A stretch of 16,953 nucleotides of DNA from a virus (taxonomy: Duplodnaviria > Heunggongvirae > Uroviricota > Caudoviricetes), in IMG/VR virus record IMGVR_UViG_2529293063_000008. The stretch is one strand, 5' to 3'. Made by a program: the position numbers and the translations under genes. The notes under the pieces are model-generated. The model saw only the letters and a list, made by a program, of their open reading frames with translations. It was not told the DNA's origin and did no database searches. Of this stretch, positions 13,515 through 16,953 are shown in pieces (position 1 is the first letter of the stretch; each line of letters opens with the position of its first letter).

Positions 13515-13679
13515 ATGTTCAAATTCAAATTTGCGGCAGTCGTTCGCACAGACAAAAAGTCACACATCCATCATCTTTCCACCATCGCGTCATCTGAACG
13601 GGAAGCTCGTCGCCAGTTCGCCAGCCGGTTTGTCCTGGTATTGTCTGCCCGTATTCCGGTGCGCGAGGTGGCTGCATGA
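13515..13679 (+). CDS. Icd-like small protein (first gene of the antirepressor operon)
   Basis: ATG 13515 (MFKFKFAAVVRTDKKSHIHHLSTIASSEREARRQFASRFVLVLSARIPVREVAA); the longest ORF begins at GTG 13479. Stop overlaps the next start (ATGA). Resemblance to Icd-like proteins is from memory. Confidence 0.5.
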   Translation: MFKFKFAAVVRTDKKSHIHHLSTIASSEREARRQFASRFVLVLSARIPVREVAA

Positions 13680-13909
13680 ATCAGGTAAAAATGAACACTG
13701 TTGGCCTGCTGGAATCGTTGGATGAACGTCTGGCTCAGGTCTATGCGCTTGTGTCATCCGCCCATCGTACAGTCTCCAGCTGTGAGGCGTCGATTTATCT
13801 CTCAGAAGCCGGGAAGCTCCTTCAAATTGCGTGTGAGTTGACACACAAAGCACAGGGGTATTCAGCATCTCTCTCGTCGCAATTGCAGCACAATAAGGAG
13901 GCCAAATGA
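13676..13909 (+). CDS. Hypothetical protein (77 aa), translationally coupled middle gene of the antirepressor operon
   Basis: SD GAGGTGG 6 nt upstream; ATGA overlaps at both ends. Confidence 0.55.
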   Translation: MNQVKMNTVGLLESLDERLAQVYALVSSAHRTVSSCEASIYLSEAGKLLQIACELTHKAQGYSASLSSQLQHNKEAK

Positions 13910-14688
13910 GCGCGTTAGCTGTATTTTCGTTTCAGGAAGAGCATCAGGTTCGTGTAGTGATGATTAACGGCGATCCGTGGTTTGTAGCGGCTGATGTTTG
14001 TAATGCCATCGGGATTATCAATCATCGTGATGCTGTTGGTAAGTTGGATGAAGACGAAAAGGGGGTCGGTTCAACAGACACCCTTGGAGGTAAACAGGGA
14101 GTGACAATTATTAACGAATCCGGCCTCTATACCCTAATCCTCCGCTGCCGTGACGCGGTGAAGCAAGGCACAACAGCTTGGCGGTTTCGCAAATGGGTAA
14201 CGAACGAAGTCTTGCCCTCTATTCGCAAAAATGGAGAGTACGTTTACGTCGAGCCAGAGCCAATGCGAGCAGCAGAGCCGTTGAACTGGAGGCAGAAAGA
14301 GTATCTGCGAGGGCTGATTAACGATATTGCACAAAGTTTTCAATACCGAAATGCCTGGATTAGCGGTGTATGGTTGGCTTTGCGTCGGGCGTGTCGTAAT
14401 CCATCCCCGAACCCCATAACTGTTGATGATTTGCCAGCAATTACGGCAGAACTGCGCCGGATTTTGACGGCTGCTGAGTCGGCATTGGGGAACATGCGCA
14501 CGTATGAACGAGAGTTGTTGCGTGATGTTGTTCGTGGTGGTAGGCGGAGTATGTCGTGTGGTGATTTGCCCATCACCGATATCAACTCTGATCTGGAAAA
14601 GGCGTTACCCGCGCATTTTGAACTGGCAGTTCAAAAACTTGAGCAGTTATCCGCGCAGCTAAAGCCAGCAGAAATCACCAATAAATAG
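13906..14688 (+). CDS. Phage antirepressor with N-terminal Bro-N/AntA-type domain
   Basis: 260 aa; SD AAGGAGG; N-terminal FSFQEEHQVRVVMINGDPWFVAADVCNAIGIINHRDAVGKLDEDEKG...IINESGLYTLILRCR...KWVTNEVLPSIRKNGEY matches the antirepressor signature as I remember it. Confidence 0.8.
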   Translation: MSALAVFSFQEEHQVRVVMINGDPWFVAADVCNAIGIINHRDAVGKLDEDEKGVGSTDTLGGKQGVTIINESGLYTLILRCRDAVKQGTTAWRFRKWVTNEVLPSIRKNGEYVYVEPEPMRAAEPLNWRQKEYLRGLINDIAQSFQYRNAWISGVWLALRRACRNPSPNPITVDDLPAITAELRRILTAAESALGNMRTYERELLRDVVRGGRRSMSCGDLPITDINSDLEKALPAHFELAVQKLEQLSAQLKPAEITNK

Positions 14689-14823
14689 GGTTGACCAGCC
14701 CGAATTTATGCCCTTCTTAGAGAAGGGAAGCCTCGCAGTCGGGGCGGTGATGTCTGTGGTTGCAGCCGCGTTTCCTCCGTTACTTCTGCCCTTTGCAGGG
14801 GGCAGGCGAGGTAGGTCACACAA

Positions 14824-14847
14824 CAAGGCACCGTTAATTCGGTGCCT
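14824..14847. terminator. Hairpin between convergent ant and telN genes (likely terminator)
   Basis: AAGGCACCG-TTAATT-CGGTGCCTT, 9-bp stem, immediately beyond the telN stop (14860). Confidence 0.45.
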
Positions 14848-14859
14848 TTACTGTATGCT

Positions 14860-16761
14860 TTAACCGAAATATGTCAGCCATGCTAACTGCATTGCTGACA
14901 TGGGGCTGTTTGCACTGCCGGACCACGCATAATTCTGGCCATTATAATGAAACTCAACAACGTATGAGCCATCACCAATATTTCTCACCGGCTTAAATAC
15001 CGGCTTAGATACAGGCGAAGAAGGTGCAGGCGGTTGCTGTTCTTCTACGCTCTCTTCCTCTTCCTCTTCCTCTTCCTCTATCTCAATTTCGTCGTCATCC
15101 AGATCGTCATCCTCTGACAATTCATCCGCCAGTTCAGGTATTGCTTCCAGTTCTTCTTCGTCAGGCATAACGATTTCTGGAGTATCTATTTTCAGTTGCC
15201 ATTGTCCGTTTTCGCCAACAAATTGCCCCAGAGCATCAGCAGCAAATTCCAGGTATCGACTAATCATTGTTGGGCTAAATTTGAACGCTCTTAGAGTGCT
15301 GTTCGTGATTTTTATAGAGGGGTCCTGCTCTACCAGCTGCTTAACTGTGTTATGCAGACGAACCCCGGCATCTCCTCTGGCGAATCCAGGCATTTCGTCA
15401 TCAAGCTGCTGCAATGCTTCCAGCCTGGTATTTTCGTTTCCAGTATTTGGCCTCCATGTCTTTGAGAAGTTGGCCAGCTTGAATTGCTTATAGTGTAATT
15501 GAGTGTTTTCATCGTCATGGCCTAAAATTTCCATAAAGAAAACATCTTCATCTACGTTTTTCCAACGAGGATCTACGCGGAAAAACATTTCATACGCAAT
15601 ACGGGCATAAATAGCACGACTATCTTTATAAACACGGCGGTCATCTTTGAAAAATGATTTAACCCACGGGTTAAAAGCCTTTGCTAATATGGCATTAATA
15701 CGTCCGTTTTCAGAGCGTGTGTCGTTATCTCCATAACCTTTAACGACATCATCAAAATCAGATGCTGCTGGGCATGAGCGAAGTACATTTATTAAATAAA
15801 CAAATGTTTTTGCTTCGCATAATGTATATATTTTTCTGGTTATATCATCAGAAGTTCTTTTTTTAGCTTGGCCTAAAAAATCAACGGTATACTTACCAGA
15901 AACAGTAAATGTACCTTGATACATAATCTCAATCATTCGTCTTCCTGACAATGCAGCAAGTGCAAATGCCAAAGGAGCCATACCTGAACGAGTGTTTAGA
16001 TTATTTAATGTAGCAGGGCTATTTATAATATCGTAAATAGCTTGCATATATTTAGGGTAATCAATGACCACCACGTTACGTTTCTTATTGTGCAGAACGT
16101 CCGCCCATCGTTGCTGGATAGATGCACGTTCGGCAGGGCTTAGTTGAAGATGATAGAGAATCTCATGGTTAACTTTTAGCTGATTCAACTCCTCAAGTAA
16201 GGCAGATCCTTGCTGTAGTAATTTATATAAATAATCGCGCTTATCTTTCCAGTTATCGCTAGTTAAATCAGAAATGGCGAATTGCCACTCTTTATATTTA
16301 TTTGATAATTTCAATAACTTATTATGACTTTTGTTATCGCCAATTCTGATATTAGATAAATCTTCTGATAGAGGGAGAATTAATTTTAATTTTGCCTGTA
16401 AAGCTGACATTCTCTGGCGAATATCGGCAGCAGGTAGAGAAAGCCATGACAATAGCTCCTCATTATATAAAGGATACTTTTCAGATAGGCGATGTATATT
16501 TTTTTCAAAGCTATGATGAAGTTTATCATCAAACCGTTTTCTGGCCCTGCTCATATAGGCATTGAATGTGTTGGCTGTAATTCTTTTTTCTAATCCTTTC
16601 CCCCTAAACTTTCGCTTGTCATTAAATAATGCATTTTTAAATTTTAATGCAACAGCCTTTATTTTTTTTGTTTTCTCCCCTTGAGGACGGTCAGAGTTAT
16701 CTATTGACTCAACATCGCTAACAAGTGAGTTTATTAATTCACCGATTTTTACTTTGCTCAT
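14860..16761 (-). CDS. telN: Protelomerase (telomere resolvase), TelN-like
   Basis: 633 aa; N-terminus MSKVKIGELIN..., length and an acidic Glu/Asp-rich stretch before the C-terminus match my memory of N15 TelN. SD AGGAGAGG. The gene abuts the terminal half-palindrome. Confidence 0.8.
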   Translation of the reverse strand: MSKVKIGELINSLVSDVESIDNSDRPQGEKTKKIKAVALKFKNALFNDKRKFRGKGLEKRITANTFNAYMSRARKRFDDKLHHSFEKNIHRLSEKYPLYNEELLSWLSLPAADIRQRMSALQAKLKLILPLSEDLSNIRIGDNKSHNKLLKLSNKYKEWQFAISDLTSDNWKDKRDYLYKLLQQGSALLEELNQLKVNHEILYHLQLSPAERASIQQRWADVLHNKKRNVVVIDYPKYMQAIYDIINSPATLNNLNTRSGMAPLAFALAALSGRRMIEIMYQGTFTVSGKYTVDFLGQAKKRTSDDITRKIYTLCEAKTFVYLINVLRSCPAASDFDDVVKGYGDNDTRSENGRINAILAKAFNPWVKSFFKDDRRVYKDSRAIYARIAYEMFFRVDPRWKNVDEDVFFMEILGHDDENTQLHYKQFKLANFSKTWRPNTGNENTRLEALQQLDDEMPGFARGDAGVRLHNTVKQLVEQDPSIKITNSTLRAFKFSPTMISRYLEFAADALGQFVGENGQWQLKIDTPEIVMPDEEELEAIPELADELSEDDDLDDDEIEIEEEEEEEEESVEEQQPPAPSSPVSKPVFKPVRNIGDGSYVVEFHYNGQNYAWSGSANSPMSAMQLAWLTYFG

Positions 16762-16795
16762 CTTTCCTCTCCTGATTATCCGCTCGGATTATCGT

Positions 16796-16885
16796 AACAC
16801 AATTTGAGAATAAGATAACTAATAACGCGTTAACTTAGGCACAAACTAACAGAACACAATAACGGATAATAAATAAAAACACAAT
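16796..16885. repeat. Three direct AACACAAT repeats upstream of telN
   Basis: Copies at 16796-16803, 16853-16860 and 16878-16885, between the telN start and the terminal palindrome. Confidence 0.4.
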
Positions 16886-16924
16886 ATCAGAACGTTAAAA
16901 TTTGTTCCTTGACTTTGTTCTGAA

Positions 16925-16953
16925 AATCAGCACATAATTACCCATTATACGCG
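16925..16953. other. Half of a telomere-resolution palindrome (telO-like); the window ends at or 1 nt past the dyad centre
   Basis: AATCAGCACATAATTACCCATTATACGCG differs at about 2 positions from the N15 telRL half-site as I remember it (TATCAGCACACAATTGCCCATTATACGCG) and stops in the CG-rich centre. Confidence 0.65.

Larger units (their letters stand above)
1..16953. mobile_element. Telomere-proximal arm of an N15-like linear plasmid-prophage (phage-plasmid)
   Basis: Co-occurrence of a protelomerase-like gene, a terminal half-palindrome at the window end, a large primase-helicase, a CI/Cro switch, an antirepressor module, a gp49-like toxin pair, dispersed centromere-like palindromes and a holin; no integrase. 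Confidence 0.65.

Noticed and set aside
15040-15130. Short tandem CTCTTC-type repeats considered as a CRISPR or minisatellite array.
   Set aside because: They lie in frame within telN and encode an acidic linker; there are no spacer-like unique units and no cas genes.
1-16953. Integrated lambdoid prophage with integrase and attachment site.
   Set aside because: No integrase/recombinase ORF, no tRNA and no att-like direct repeat is visible; a protelomerase and a terminal half-palindrome point to a linear extrachromosomal prophage. The rest of the element was not seen.
16925-16953. Window ending in the palindrome by chance (arbitrary cut of a circular or longer sequence).
   Set aside because: This cannot be excluded from the window alone, but termination at the dyad centre is what a deposited hairpin end looks like; kept as a finding with stated uncertainty.

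Overview
This 16.9-kb window reads as one arm of an N15-like linear plasmid-prophage (phage-plasmid). It ends (16925-16953) inside a telomere-resolution-type palindrome just upstream of a protelomerase gene (telN-like, 14860-16761, minus strand). It also carries a P1 c4/icd/ant-type antirepressor module with a candidate structured antisense RNA (13196-14688), a 1331-aa primase-helicase replication protein (7983-11978), and a CI-like repressor / Cro-like divergent switch with repeated operator half-sites (6828-7737). Leftward of the switch lies an early operon of small accessory genes (3361-6838: DEDDh exonuclease, Lar-like zinc finger, HTH proteins), then a LexA box plus a distal operator copy in front of a 72-aa gene (2900-3187), a gp49/HigB-like toxin with HTH antitoxin (2258-2856), an orphan beta-class DNA methyltransferase (286-1362) and the 5' part of a holin gene (1-190). 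Two dispersed repeat families stand out: a 16-bp palindrome TGCGACCGTGGTCGCA (1606, 5900, 8345) resembling SopB/ParB centromere sites, and GTGACYRGTCAC (3353, 8592, 13200). No rRNA, tRNA, CRISPR array or integrase was seen. All calls come from reading the translated ORFs and motifs by eye; no database search or folding was run, and names of homologues are from memory.
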